Shown here piece by piece: positions 1-8,783 of a DNA stretch of 32,000 nucleotides. The notes below the pieces were generated by a model. That model saw only the letters and a list, made by a program, of their open reading frames with translations. It searched no databases and had not been told where the DNA came from. A program made the translations under genes and the position numbers. Every line of letters begins with the position of its first letter. The stretch's first letter is position 1. Source of the stretch: Pseudodesulfovibrio mercurii (GTDB taxonomy: Bacteria; Desulfobacterota; Desulfovibrionia; Desulfovibrionales; Desulfovibrionaceae); contig NC_016803.1 of NCBI RefSeq assembly GCF_000189295.2, forward strand, positions 150,001 through 182,000, in the 5' to 3' direction.

Positions 1-2
1 TG

Positions 3-2492
3 GAGGGCCTCGGCACTCCCGACAACCTGCATCCCATTCAGATGGCCTGGATCGCCTACGGCGGAGCGCAGTGCGGCTTCTGCTCCCCCGGCTTCCTGGT
101 CTCCACCTATGCGCTTTTGACCGAGAATCCGAGCCCCACCCGCGAGGAAATCCGCGACTGGTTCCAGCAGCACAAGAACGTCTGCCGCTGCACCGGTTAC
201 AAACCCCTGGTCGACGCCGTCATGGCCGCCGCCGAGGTCATGCGCGGCGACAAGTCCATGGATGATCTGATCTTCAAGATCCCCGAGAGCGGTCGCATCT
301 GGAACACCCGGTATCCGCGTCCGTCCGCCGTGGCCAAGGTCACCGGCACCTGGGACTTCGGCGCCGACATGGGTCTGCGCCTGCCCCCGGGAACCCTGCA
401 CTGCGAACTGGTCCAGGCCGAGGTTTCCCACGCCAACATCCTGTCCATCGACGTGACCGAGGCCGAGGCCGTGCCCGGCGTCTACAAGGTCGTGACCCAC
501 AAGGACGTCAAGGGCAAGAACCGCATCACCGGTCTGATCACCTTCCCGACCAACCTCGGCGACGGCTGGGATCGTCCCATCCTGTGCGACGAGAAGGTCT
601 TCCAGTACGGCGACGCCATCGCCATCGTCTGCGCCGACACCCCGCAGGCGGCCAAGGAAGGCGCCAAGAAGGTCAAGGTCGAACTCGAGCAGCTGCCCGA
701 GTACATGTCCGCCCCGGCGGCCATGGCCGAGGACGCCATCGAGATCCACCCCGGCACCCCCAACGTCTACTACATCCAGAAGGAAGCCAAGGGACCGGAC
801 ACCAAGCCCATCTTCGAGAAGGCCGACGTGGTCGTGGAAGGCGACTACTACACCCAGCGCCAGCCCCACATGCCCATCGAGCCCGACGTAGGGTTCGCCT
901 ACATGGGTGAGGACGACAAGCTGTTCATCCACTCCAAATCCATCGGCATCCATCTGCATCTGCTGATGATCGCCCCCGGTCTGGGCCTGGAGCCCGACAA
1001 GATCGCCCTGGTCCAGAACCCGACCGGCGGCACCTTCGGCTACAAGTTCTCCCCGACCATGGAAGCGCTGGTCGGCGCGGCGGCCCTGGCCACCGGCCGT
1101 CCCGTGTTCCTGAACTACACCTGGAAACAGCAGCAGCAGTACACCGGCAAGCGTTCCCCGCAGTTCACCACCGTGCGCCTGGCCTCCACCAAGGACGGCA
1201 AGCTGCTCGGCATGGAGACCGACTGGACCGTGGACCACGGCCCGTACTCCGAGTTCGGCGACCTGCTGACCCTGCGCGGCGCGCAGTACATCGGCGCCGG
1301 TTACGACATCCCGGCCATTCGCGGCGAGGGCCGCACCGTGTGCACCAACCACTGCTGGGGCGCGGCCTTCCGCGGCTACGGCGCTCCCGAGGCGGAGTTC
1401 CCCTCCGAGGTGTGCATGGACGAGCTGGCCGAGAAGCTGGGCATGGACCCGCTGGAACTGCGTTACAAGAACGCCTACCGCAAGGGTTCCACCACCCCCA
1501 CCGGCCAGGATCCCGAGGTCTACTCCCTGCCTGAGATGATCGACAAGGTCCGTCCCAAGTACGAGGAGTTCAAGAAGATCGCCGCCGAGAAATCCACCGA
1601 CGCCGTGAAGTACGGCGTGGGCGTGTCCATCGGCGTGTACGGTTCCGGTCTGGACGGCCCGGACACCGCCGAGGTCGATATCGCCCTGAACGAGGACAAC
1701 ACCGTCACGGTGTACTCCGCCTGGGGCGACCACGGCCAGGGCGCGGACATGGGTACCCTGGGCACCGCCCACGAGGCCCTGCGTCCCCTGAGCCTGACCC
1801 CGGATCAGATCCACCTGATGATGGGCGACACCAGCAACTCCCCCGCGGCCGGTCCCGCCGGCGGCAGCCGCTCCCAGGTCGTCGTCGGTCAGGCCACCAA
1901 GAACGCCTGTGATCAGCTCGTGGCCGCCATGCGGAAGCCCAACGGCGCCTTCCGCACCTACAAGGAAATGGTCGATGACGGTCTGGCAGTGCTCTATCAC
2001 GGCAAGTGGACCGCTCCGGCCAACGACTGCGATGCCAACGGCCAGGGCAACCCGTTCTGCTGCTACATGTACGGCGTGTTCTGCTTCCTGGTTTCCGTGG
2101 ACATCGCCACCGGCAAGGCCAAGGCCGAGAAGGTCGTCACCGTCGCCGACATCGGCGTGGTGAACAACTACCTCGTGGTGGACGGCCAGATCCACGGCGG
2201 CGTCGCTCAGGGCATCGGCCTGGCGCTGACCGAGGATTACGAGGACATCAAGAAGCACGCCAACATGGCCGGCGCCGGTATCCCGTACTGCAAGGACATC
2301 CCGGACGACATGGAGATCATCTACGTGGAATCCCCGCGTCCCGACGGTCCCTTCGGCGCTTCCGGCGTGGGCGAGATGCCTCTGACCGCTCCGCATGCGG
2401 CCATCATCAACGCCATCTACAACGCCTGCGGTGCGCGTATCCGCCACCTGCCGGCCTACCCCGAGAAGGTGCTCGCAGCGCTCAAGGGCTAA
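3..2492 (+). CDS. mop: Aldehyde oxidoreductase, Mop-type molybdenum hydroxylase (MCD-Moco, two [2Fe-2S]); 5' end lies outside the window
   Basis: Frame 3 is open from nt 3, upstream of the ORF-track Met at 42. The translation is collinear with the D. gigas MOP sequence as I remember it. Matching blocks include GGAQCGFCSPGF and CRCTGYKPLVDAV (second 2Fe-2S domain), GKNRITGLITFPTN.GDGWDRPILCDEKVFQYGD, RQPHMPIEPDV, QQQQYTGKRSP, PDGPFGASGVGE.PLT.PHAAIINAI and the C-terminal LPAYPEKVL.ALK. Stop TAA at 2490-2492. Confidence 0.95.
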   Translation, partial: EGLGTPDNLHPIQMAWIAYGGAQCGFCSPGFLVSTYALLTENPSPTREEIRDWFQQHKNVCRCTGYKPLVDAVMAAAEVMRGDKSMDDLIFKIPESGRIWNTRYPRPSAVAKVTGTWDFGADMGLRLPPGTLHCELVQAEVSHANILSIDVTEAEAVPGVYKVVTHKDVKGKNRITGLITFPTNLGDGWDRPILCDEKVFQYGDAIAIVCADTPQAAKEGAKKVKVELEQLPEYMSAPAAMAEDAIEIHPGTPNVYYIQKEAKGPDTKPIFEKADVVVEGDYYTQRQPHMPIEPDVGFAYMGEDDKLFIHSKSIGIHLHLLMIAPGLGLEPDKIALVQNPTGGTFGYKFSPTMEALVGAAALATGRPVFLNYTWKQQQQYTGKRSPQFTTVRLASTKDGKLLGMETDWTVDHGPYSEFGDLLTLRGAQYIGAGYDIPAIRGEGRTVCTNHCWGAAFRGYGAPEAEFPSEVCMDELAEKLGMDPLELRYKNAYRKGSTTPTGQDPEVYSLPEMIDKVRPKYEEFKKIAAEKSTDAVKYGVGVSIGVYGSGLDGPDTAEVDIALNEDNTVTVYSAWGDHGQGADMGTLGTAHEALRPLSLTPDQIHLMMGDTSNSPAAGPAGGSRSQVVVGQATKNACDQLVAAMRKPNGAFRTYKEMVDDGLAVLYHGKWTAPANDCDANGQGNPFCCYMYGVFCFLVSVDIATGKAKAEKVVTVADIGVVNNYLVVDGQIHGGVAQGIGLALTEDYEDIKKHANMAGAGIPYCKDIPDDMEIIYVESPRPDGPFGASGVGEMPLTAPHAAIINAIYNACGARIRHLPAYPEKVLAALKG

Positions 2493-2512
2493 CGGCACAG
2501 ACTTGAAACAAC

Positions 2513-2545
2513 GGCGGCCCGTGCCTTGGCATGGGCCGCCTTTTT
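2513..2545 (+). terminator. Rho-independent terminator after mop
   Basis: GGCGGCCCGTGCC (2513-2525) pairs with GGCATGGGCCGCC (2528-2540), with one G.U pair. TTTTT follows at 2541-2545. It starts 21 nt after the mop stop. Confidence 0.8.
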
Positions 2546-2561
2546 CCGTAAGTGGTGAACC

Positions 2562-4805
2562 ATGGAACAAGCGGAACTCAGACAGTGGGAACAGAAGTGC
2601 ATCCAGGAGGAATCCCCCCGGTGCACGGCGGCCTGCCCCCTGCATGTGGACGCGCGCGAGTGCTGTTCGCTGCTGGCCGCGGGCCGCGTGGACAAGGCGT
2701 GGGCCGTACTGGCCAAGACAATGCCCCTGCCGGGGGTCCTGGCCCGGACCTGCGACGCGCCGTGCAAGGCGGCCTGCCTGCGCCGGGACAAGGGCGGCCC
2801 CATCGAGATGGGGGCCCTGGAACGGTTCCTGGCGGGAACGGCCCAGGCGGCCAAACCGCCCCGGCCCCTGCCGCGCAACGGCAAGTCCGTGGCCGTCATC
2901 GGCGGGAACATGACCGGGCTGTGCGCGGCCTGGGAGATCGCCCGCAAGGGGTTCGCCGTGACCGTGTACTGCACCGCGCCGGACGCGGGCGCGGACCTGC
3001 CCGACGGGGTCCTGGACGGGGAACTCGCGGACATGGAGCGCATGGGCGTGGCCCTCAAGCGGGGCGCACCCCTGACCCCGGAGCTGGTCGAGGACCGGCT
3101 GGACGCATGCGACGCGGTCTTCATCGACGGCGACGGCGTGCCCGACGCGATCCTGAATTTCGCCGAACCCGACGAGATCACGCTCGGCACCAACCGTCTG
3201 GGGCTGTTCGCCACCCGTCCGGGCGAGACCTCGCCGGTCTTCATGGCCGCGGCCGGACGCCGCGCGGCCAACTCCATCCTGCGGTTCACCCAGGGCGTGT
3301 CCATGGTCAAGAGCCGCGAACTCGAAGGCCCCTACGAGACGCGCCTGTACACCGTGCTCGACAAGGTGGAGCCGGTGGCGCCCGTGGCCGTGGGGGAGGG
3401 CTATGACCAGCCCCGCGCCGTGGAGGAGGCCGCCCGCTGCCTGAAGTGCGAATGCATGGAGTGCGTGAAGGGCTGCGTCTTCCTCAAGCATTACAAGCAG
3501 TACCCCAAGGTCTACGTGCGCCAGGTCTACAACAACGAGGCCATTGTCCGGGGCACGCGCCAGGCCAACAAGATGATCAACTCGTGCATGCTCTGCGGCC
3601 TGTGCGACACGGTCTGTCCCGAGGACTTCGCCATGGGCGAGGTCTGTCTCGAGGCGCGGCGGCACATGATCGCCAAGGGGACCATGCCGCCCTCGGCCCA
3701 CGAGTTCGCTCTGCGCGACATGGCCTTTGCCGACGGCGACAAGTGCGCCCTGGCCCGGCACGCGCCGGGCGAGACCTCCAGCGAATACGTCTTTTTCCCC
3801 GGCTGCCAGCTGACCGCCACCGATCCCGGCGGTGCGGAGCGCGCCTATGCGGACCTCCGCACCCGGCTGGGCAAGGTCGGGCTGATCCTGCGCTGCTGCG
3901 GCGCTCCGGCCGCCTGGTCCGGGCGTGACGCCCTGTTCGGGGAGTCCCTGGCCGAACTGCGCGCGGACTGGCAGGGCCTCGGCTCGCCGCGCATCATCGC
4001 GGCCTGCCCCTCCTGCCTCAAGATCCTGCGGCAGGCCATGCCCGAGGCGGAGATCGTCTCCCATTGGTCCCTCCTGAGCGCCCTGGGACTGCCGGACACC
4101 GCCCTGAAGACGGGCGGGACCCTGGCCGTGAACGACCCGTGCGCTGCCCGCGAGGACGGGGCGCTGCGCGGCGAGGTGCGTGGCCTGCTGGACGCCCTCG
4201 GGGTGTCCGTGGTCGAACCGGAGTACAGTGGCGGGTTGACCCAGTGCTGCGGCTACGGTGGCCTGCTCAACGAGGTGGACCCCCAGCTCGGCCGGGCCGC
4301 GGCCCAGGCCAGGGCCGACGGCGCGGACGAGGACTTCGTGACCTACTGCGCCATGTGCCGGGACATGATCGCCCGCACGGGCAAGCGGACCATGCATCTC
4401 TACGATCTGCTCTATCCCGGCGGCGAGCCGGGGGCGCGGCCCACGCCAGGCCATTCCGAGCGGCGCGAGAACCGCGTCCACCTGCGCGAGAAGCTCCTGC
4501 GCGAGCTGTGGAGCGAGGCGGACGGCGTCCAGGCCGAGGACTTCGAGCGGGTCCGCATGACCTGCACCGAGATGGGCGCGGCGGCCATGGAGGAGCGGCG
4601 CATCCTCATCAGCGACGTGCAGAAGGTCCTGCTCCAGGCCGAACGATCCGGCAGGCACCTGGTCCACGGCGAGACCGGCCGCTTCCTGGCCTCGTTCAGG
4701 CCGAACACGGTGACCTACTGGGTGGAATACGAACTCACGGACGGCGGCTACCTGGTGCATAACGCCTGGTGCCACCGCATGAAGATAGAAGGAGGGCAGC
4801 CATGA
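2562..4805 (+). CDS. Multidomain Fe-S oxidoreductase: GltD-like N-terminal Cys cluster plus degenerate Rossmann segment, 2x[4Fe-4S] ferredoxin motifs, two CCG (HdrD/GlpC-type) Cys-rich domains, and an unknown C-terminal domain
   Basis: 747-aa ORF. Motifs seen: CTAACPLHVD...CDAPCKAAC; VAVIGGNMTGLCAAWEIARKG (GxGxxG-like); CLKCECMECVKGC and CMLCGLCDTVCP; FPGCQL...RCCGAP and NDPCAAR...QCCGYGG. GC3-rich codon usage is like its neighbours. Confidence 0.85.
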   Translation: MEQAELRQWEQKCIQEESPRCTAACPLHVDARECCSLLAAGRVDKAWAVLAKTMPLPGVLARTCDAPCKAACLRRDKGGPIEMGALERFLAGTAQAAKPPRPLPRNGKSVAVIGGNMTGLCAAWEIARKGFAVTVYCTAPDAGADLPDGVLDGELADMERMGVALKRGAPLTPELVEDRLDACDAVFIDGDGVPDAILNFAEPDEITLGTNRLGLFATRPGETSPVFMAAAGRRAANSILRFTQGVSMVKSRELEGPYETRLYTVLDKVEPVAPVAVGEGYDQPRAVEEAARCLKCECMECVKGCVFLKHYKQYPKVYVRQVYNNEAIVRGTRQANKMINSCMLCGLCDTVCPEDFAMGEVCLEARRHMIAKGTMPPSAHEFALRDMAFADGDKCALARHAPGETSSEYVFFPGCQLTATDPGGAERAYADLRTRLGKVGLILRCCGAPAAWSGRDALFGESLAELRADWQGLGSPRIIAACPSCLKILRQAMPEAEIVSHWSLLSALGLPDTALKTGGTLAVNDPCAAREDGALRGEVRGLLDALGVSVVEPEYSGGLTQCCGYGGLLNEVDPQLGRAAAQARADGADEDFVTYCAMCRDMIARTGKRTMHLYDLLYPGGEPGARPTPGHSERRENRVHLREKLLRELWSEADGVQAEDFERVRMTCTEMGAAAMEERRILISDVQKVLLQAERSGRHLVHGETGRFLASFRPNTVTYWVEYELTDGGYLVHNAWCHRMKIEGGQP

Positions 4806-5020
4806 GCAGCGCGATCACGGTACCTGGAACCGGAGCCGGGGGCTGGCGTTGCGGCCCCTGCGACGAGGACATGGTCATGAAACCGGTGGGGCTGACCTAT
4901 CTCAACTCCCGGTTTGACGTGGAATTGCCCACCTGCCCCAAGTGCGGCTACGTGCTCATCCCCGAGTCCCTGGCCCTGGGCAAGATGTACCAGGTGGAGC
5001 AACTGCTGGAGGACAAGTAA
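4802..5020 (+). CDS. Small zinc-ribbon protein (72 aa), putative redox or metal-binding partner
   Basis: The ATG at 4802 overlaps the upstream stop (ATGA). The protein has CGPC...(25 aa)...CPKC, a four-Cys knuckle pair. It is in the same frame as the ORF-track entry 4769-5020, and the coupled ATG is preferred. Confidence 0.7.
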   Translation: MSSAITVPGTGAGGWRCGPCDEDMVMKPVGLTYLNSRFDVELPTCPKCGYVLIPESLALGKMYQVEQLLEDK

Positions 5021-5022
5021 CC

Positions 5023-5676
5023 GTGCGATTCGCGCCGCCTCCGCTGTGGGAGCGCGCGGAACTGCGCGCCGTGGCCGGGGAGACCCTGCGGCCGGGCGGC
5101 TTCGAGCTGACCGACCGGGCGGCGGACTTCATCGGCGCGGTGCCGGGCTGGCGCGTCCTGGACGTTGGTGCGGGCCTGGGGGCCACCGTGGCCCGGCTGC
5201 GGGCGCGCTACGGCGTGCGGGCCTGGGGCGTGGAGCCCTCGGCCGACCAGCTCGACCGGGCCAAGGGTGCGCCGGGACTCGTCCGGGCGCGCGGCGACCG
5301 GTTGCCGTTTCTGCCGGAAACCTTTGACGCGCTCTTCTGCGAGTGCGTCTTTTCCCTGTTCGACGACCGGCCCGGAGGGCTCACGGAATTTCACCGGGTG
5401 CTAAGGCCAGGCGGTTTCCTGGTCCTGTCCGACCTGTGCGCCGTCGGCTGCCCCGTGGGCGACGGCGCGTCCTGCGCGGACCGGGCCGCGCCCCTGGCCG
5501 AGACCGACCGGCTGGTCCGAGAGGGCGGATTTACGGTCCGGCTGCTGGAGGACCACGGCGCCCACCTGCGGGACCTGGCCGCCCGGCTGGTCTGGACCGC
5601 CGGGGAGGCGGCCTCCGACTGCAACCGGGACCTGGGCTATTTCCTGATGATCGCGCAAAAGCAAGGAGCGGACTGA
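5023..5676 (+). CDS. Class I SAM-dependent methyltransferase
   Basis: The GTG at 5023 lies 2 nt after the upstream stop. Motif I is VLDVGAGLGATV, post-I is GVEPS, and LRPGGFLVLSD is present. The longer ORF-track start at 4942 would overlap the previous gene. Confidence 0.85.
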   Translation: MRFAPPPLWERAELRAVAGETLRPGGFELTDRAADFIGAVPGWRVLDVGAGLGATVARLRARYGVRAWGVEPSADQLDRAKGAPGLVRARGDRLPFLPETFDALFCECVFSLFDDRPGGLTEFHRVLRPGGFLVLSDLCAVGCPVGDGASCADRAAPLAETDRLVREGGFTVRLLEDHGAHLRDLAARLVWTAGEAASDCNRDLGYFLMIAQKQGAD

Positions 5677-6131
5677 TGCTGGACGACGCCGGACTTCGCG
5701 TCATGGAACTTGCCGGAAAGGGCTATTGTTGCAGCCAGATGATGGTCATCATGGCCCTGGACGAGATGGACCGCGAGGACCCGGACCTGGTCCGGGCCGC
5801 GGGCGGGCTGTGCAACGGGCTGGGCGACTGCTCCGGACCGTGCGGCGTGCTCACGGGCTCGGTCCTGGCGCTCGGCCTGTACGCGGGCAAGGGGCAGGAC
5901 ATGGAGGAGCCCGAGGAGGTCCTGCCGGTCATGCTCGAGTCCCTGCGCGACTGGTTTACGGAGCGGACCCTGGAATACGGCGGCATCACCTGCGGGGCGA
6001 TCCTGGACGGCGGCTGCGGCAAGCCCCATCCCGAGCGCTGCGGCGGGTTGGTGGCCGAGGCCAACGCCAAGGTGCGCGAAATTCTGGTCGATAACGGGCT
6101 CGACCCGGCCGAGGGACGCGAGCTGCCGTGA
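5676..6131 (+). CDS. C_GCAxxG_C_C family protein (Cys-rich putative redox protein)
   Basis: The ATG at 5676 shares one nt with the upstream TGA (TGATG). The family-like Cys pattern is GYCCSQ..., CSGPCGVLTGSVLALG, ITCGAIL, ERCGGLV. The upstream part of ORF 5343-6131 overlaps the methyltransferase and was rejected. Confidence 0.85.
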   Translation: MLDDAGLRVMELAGKGYCCSQMMVIMALDEMDREDPDLVRAAGGLCNGLGDCSGPCGVLTGSVLALGLYAGKGQDMEEPEEVLPVMLESLRDWFTERTLEYGGITCGAILDGGCGKPHPERCGGLVAEANAKVREILVDNGLDPAEGRELP

Positions 6132-7510
6132 ATTCGAGTCCGAGAAGCGTCTGCCCGATCTGCCTGCGGCCGATCCCGGCCCGCCACGAGACCGTGGCCC
6201 ACGAGACCTTCCTGGTCAAGGAGTGCCCGGAGCACGGCGCGTTCCGTACCGTGGTCTGGCGCGGCGAGCCGTCCTTCGACTCCTGGGCGCGTCCCAAGGT
6301 CCCGTCCGGGCCGAAGACGCCGTTCACCCGTGTGGAGCGGGGGTGCCCTCTGGACTGCGGGCTGTGCGACGCCCACCGGCAGCACACCTGCACCGCGCTC
6401 ATCGAGGTCACCTGGCGCTGCGACCTGGGCTGTCCGGTCTGTTTCGCTTCATCCGGCAAGGCGGCCCCACCCGATCCGTCCCTCGATGCACTGGACACGC
6501 TCTTCGACCGGGTGGAGCTGGCCTCGGGCCACTGCAACATCCAGCTCTCGGGCGGCGAGCCCACGGTGCGCGAGGACCTGCCCGAGATCATCCGGCTGGG
6601 CAAGGCCAGGGGATTTCCGTTCATCCAGCTGAACACCAACGGGCTGCGGCTCGGTTGCGAACCGGGCTACGCGGACCGGCTGGCCGAGGCCGGGCTGGAT
6701 TCGGTCTTTCTCCAGTTCGACGGCACCGAGGAATCCATTTTCGAGGCCCTGCGGGGCCGCCCGCTGCTCGAAACCAAGCTCGCGGCCCTGGACGCATTGG
6801 CCCGTGCCGGGGTAGGCGTCATCCTGGTGCCCACGCTGGTGCCGGGGGTCAACGACCGCGACCTGGGCAACATCCTCAGGCTGGGCGCGGCCCGCTCTCC
6901 GGCGGTGCGCGGGGTGCATTTTCAGCCGGTCAGCTATTTCGGGCGCTATCCCAAGCAGCCGGACGACGGCGAGCGCATGACCCTGCCCGAGATCATGCGC
7001 GGCTTGGAGGCCCAGACGGGCGGGATGCTCAGGGCGACGGATTTCCGGCCGCCGGGCTGCGAGCACGCCTACTGCTCCTTTCACGCCAACTACGTGGTCA
7101 CGGAGGATGGCGGGCTGACCCGGCTCTCCTCGGGCGGGTCCTGCGGCTGCACACCGCGCCCGGCCTCCGAGGGGGCGGACGCGGCCAAGGCCTTCGTCAA
7201 GCGCCAGTGGGCCGCCCCGGGCAAACAGCTGCCCATGGCCTTCGACGGGCCGGGCGGGGCCGCCCCTTCGCGGAGCGCACCCGAGGACGCCCTGGACGCC
7301 TTCATCCGGCGGGCGGCCACCCACACCTTCGCGGTTTCGGCCATGGCCTTCCAGGATTGCTGGACCCTGGACCTGGAACGGCTCAAGGGGTGCTGCATCC
7401 ACGAGGTCTCGCCGGACGGGCGGCTCATCCCGTTCTGCGCCTACAACCTGACGTCCATGGGCGGCGAAACCCTGTATCGGGGGAAATGTCATGGGCCGGT
7501 CCCATCTTGA
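6128..7510 (+). CDS. Radical SAM protein with an N-terminal zinc ribbon and two tandem CX3CX2C motifs
   Basis: The GTG at 6128 overlaps the upstream stop (GTGA). Cys/His residues: C9-x2-C12...C33-x2-H36; C73PLDC77GLC80; C98DLGC102PVC105. GGEPT and a TIM-barrel-like core follow. Confidence 0.9.
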   Translation: MNSSPRSVCPICLRPIPARHETVAHETFLVKECPEHGAFRTVVWRGEPSFDSWARPKVPSGPKTPFTRVERGCPLDCGLCDAHRQHTCTALIEVTWRCDLGCPVCFASSGKAAPPDPSLDALDTLFDRVELASGHCNIQLSGGEPTVREDLPEIIRLGKARGFPFIQLNTNGLRLGCEPGYADRLAEAGLDSVFLQFDGTEESIFEALRGRPLLETKLAALDALARAGVGVILVPTLVPGVNDRDLGNILRLGAARSPAVRGVHFQPVSYFGRYPKQPDDGERMTLPEIMRGLEAQTGGMLRATDFRPPGCEHAYCSFHANYVVTEDGGLTRLSSGGSCGCTPRPASEGADAAKAFVKRQWAAPGKQLPMAFDGPGGAAPSRSAPEDALDAFIRRAATHTFAVSAMAFQDCWTLDLERLKGCCIHEVSPDGRLIPFCAYNLTSMGGETLYRGKCHGPVPS

Positions 7511-8783
7511 TTGCTGGCTGGCCGGGCGCATGGGGCGCGACGCGACGCCGACCCGGCCCGAGCTGCGCGCCTGGCTGCTGGAGCGGCTGCGGGAGCTGGT
7601 GGACCACGCCCGGCGGGGCAGTCCGTTCTACGCCCGCCACTTCGCGGACGTGTCCGGCGCGGACATTTCGTCCCTGGAGGACTTCGCCCGGTTGCCGGAG
7701 ATATCCCCGGAGCTGCTGCAGACCACCCCGGACGCGCTCCTGAGTGTGTCCCGCAGCGAGATCGAACGGGTGGTCACCCTGTCCAGCTCCGGGACCACGG
7801 GCGAGCCCAAGCGCATCTTCCACACGGCCGCCGACCTTGAGGCCACGGTGGATTTTTTCGGCTGGGGCATGGCCAACATGGTCGAGCCGGGCGGCACGGC
7901 CCTGGTGCTCCTGCCCGGCGAACGGCCCGGCGGGGTGGGGCGACTGCTCGGCGAGGCCCTGGCGCGGCACGGCTCCAGGGTCGTGGCCATCGGCGAACTG
8001 ACGGACGCCGGGGCGGCCGTGGAGCGGTGCCTGGCCGAGAAGGCCGCCTGCGTGGTCGGCTCCCCGGCCCACGTCAACCTGCTGGCCCACGCCTGGGCCG
8101 CGCGCGGCCTGCCCAAGGGGGGCATCCGGTCCGCGCTGCTCTGCTGGGACGTCATCCCTGACGCGGTCCGGGCCAGCGTGGCCGAGCGGCTGGGCTGTCG
8201 GGTCTTCCGCCACTGGGGCATGATCGAGACCGGCCTGGGCGGGGCCGTGGAGTGCGCGCCCGGTTCGGGCATGCACCTGCGCGAGACCGACGTCTTCGTT
8301 GAGATCGTGGACCCGCGCACGGGCGCCTTGCTGCCGGACGGCGAGTTCGGCGACATGGTCGTGACCACGCCGCTCAAGATGGGCATGCCGATCATCCGCT
8401 ACCGCACCGGGGACGTGGGCCGCATCCTGCCCGGCGCGTGCGGTTGCGGCAGTCCCCTGCGTCGGCTGGACCCGCTGGTCCGGCGCAGGCGCGACGGTGT
8501 GACCCTGGCCTCCGGTAGCCTGACCCTGCGGGAACTGAACGAGATTTTGTACGGCCTGCCGGGCGTGGCCGATTTCGCGGCCCGGCTGGAGGGCGACACC
8601 CTGCGCGTCACGGTCTGCGGCAGCGAGCCGGCGGACGCGGTCCTGGCGGCCCTGAAGGGAGCGCCCGCCGTGGCCGGGGGACTTGTCCAAGGCACCCTGA
8701 AGGTGGATATTGAGAACAGGCATGACGCCGCGCCCGCCGTCCCAGGACTGGCCAAGCGGCGCATAACGACAGGAGTTGCATGA
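7491..8783 (+). CDS. Adenylate-forming enzyme, PaaK / coenzyme F390 synthetase-like
   Basis: SSSGTTGEPKR (AMP-binding A3 motif), YRTGD (A8) and a C-terminal GLAKRR Lys motif. The ATG at 7491 has GGGGGA 7 nt upstream and overlaps the radical SAM gene by 20 nt. An alternative ATG lies at 7530. Confidence 0.9.
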   Translation: MGRSHLDCWLAGRMGRDATPTRPELRAWLLERLRELVDHARRGSPFYARHFADVSGADISSLEDFARLPEISPELLQTTPDALLSVSRSEIERVVTLSSSGTTGEPKRIFHTAADLEATVDFFGWGMANMVEPGGTALVLLPGERPGGVGRLLGEALARHGSRVVAIGELTDAGAAVERCLAEKAACVVGSPAHVNLLAHAWAARGLPKGGIRSALLCWDVIPDAVRASVAERLGCRVFRHWGMIETGLGGAVECAPGSGMHLRETDVFVEIVDPRTGALLPDGEFGDMVVTTPLKMGMPIIRYRTGDVGRILPGACGCGSPLRRLDPLVRRRRDGVTLASGSLTLRELNEILYGLPGVADFAARLEGDTLRVTVCGSEPADAVLAALKGAPAVAGGLVQGTLKVDIENRHDAAPAVPGLAKRRITTGVA

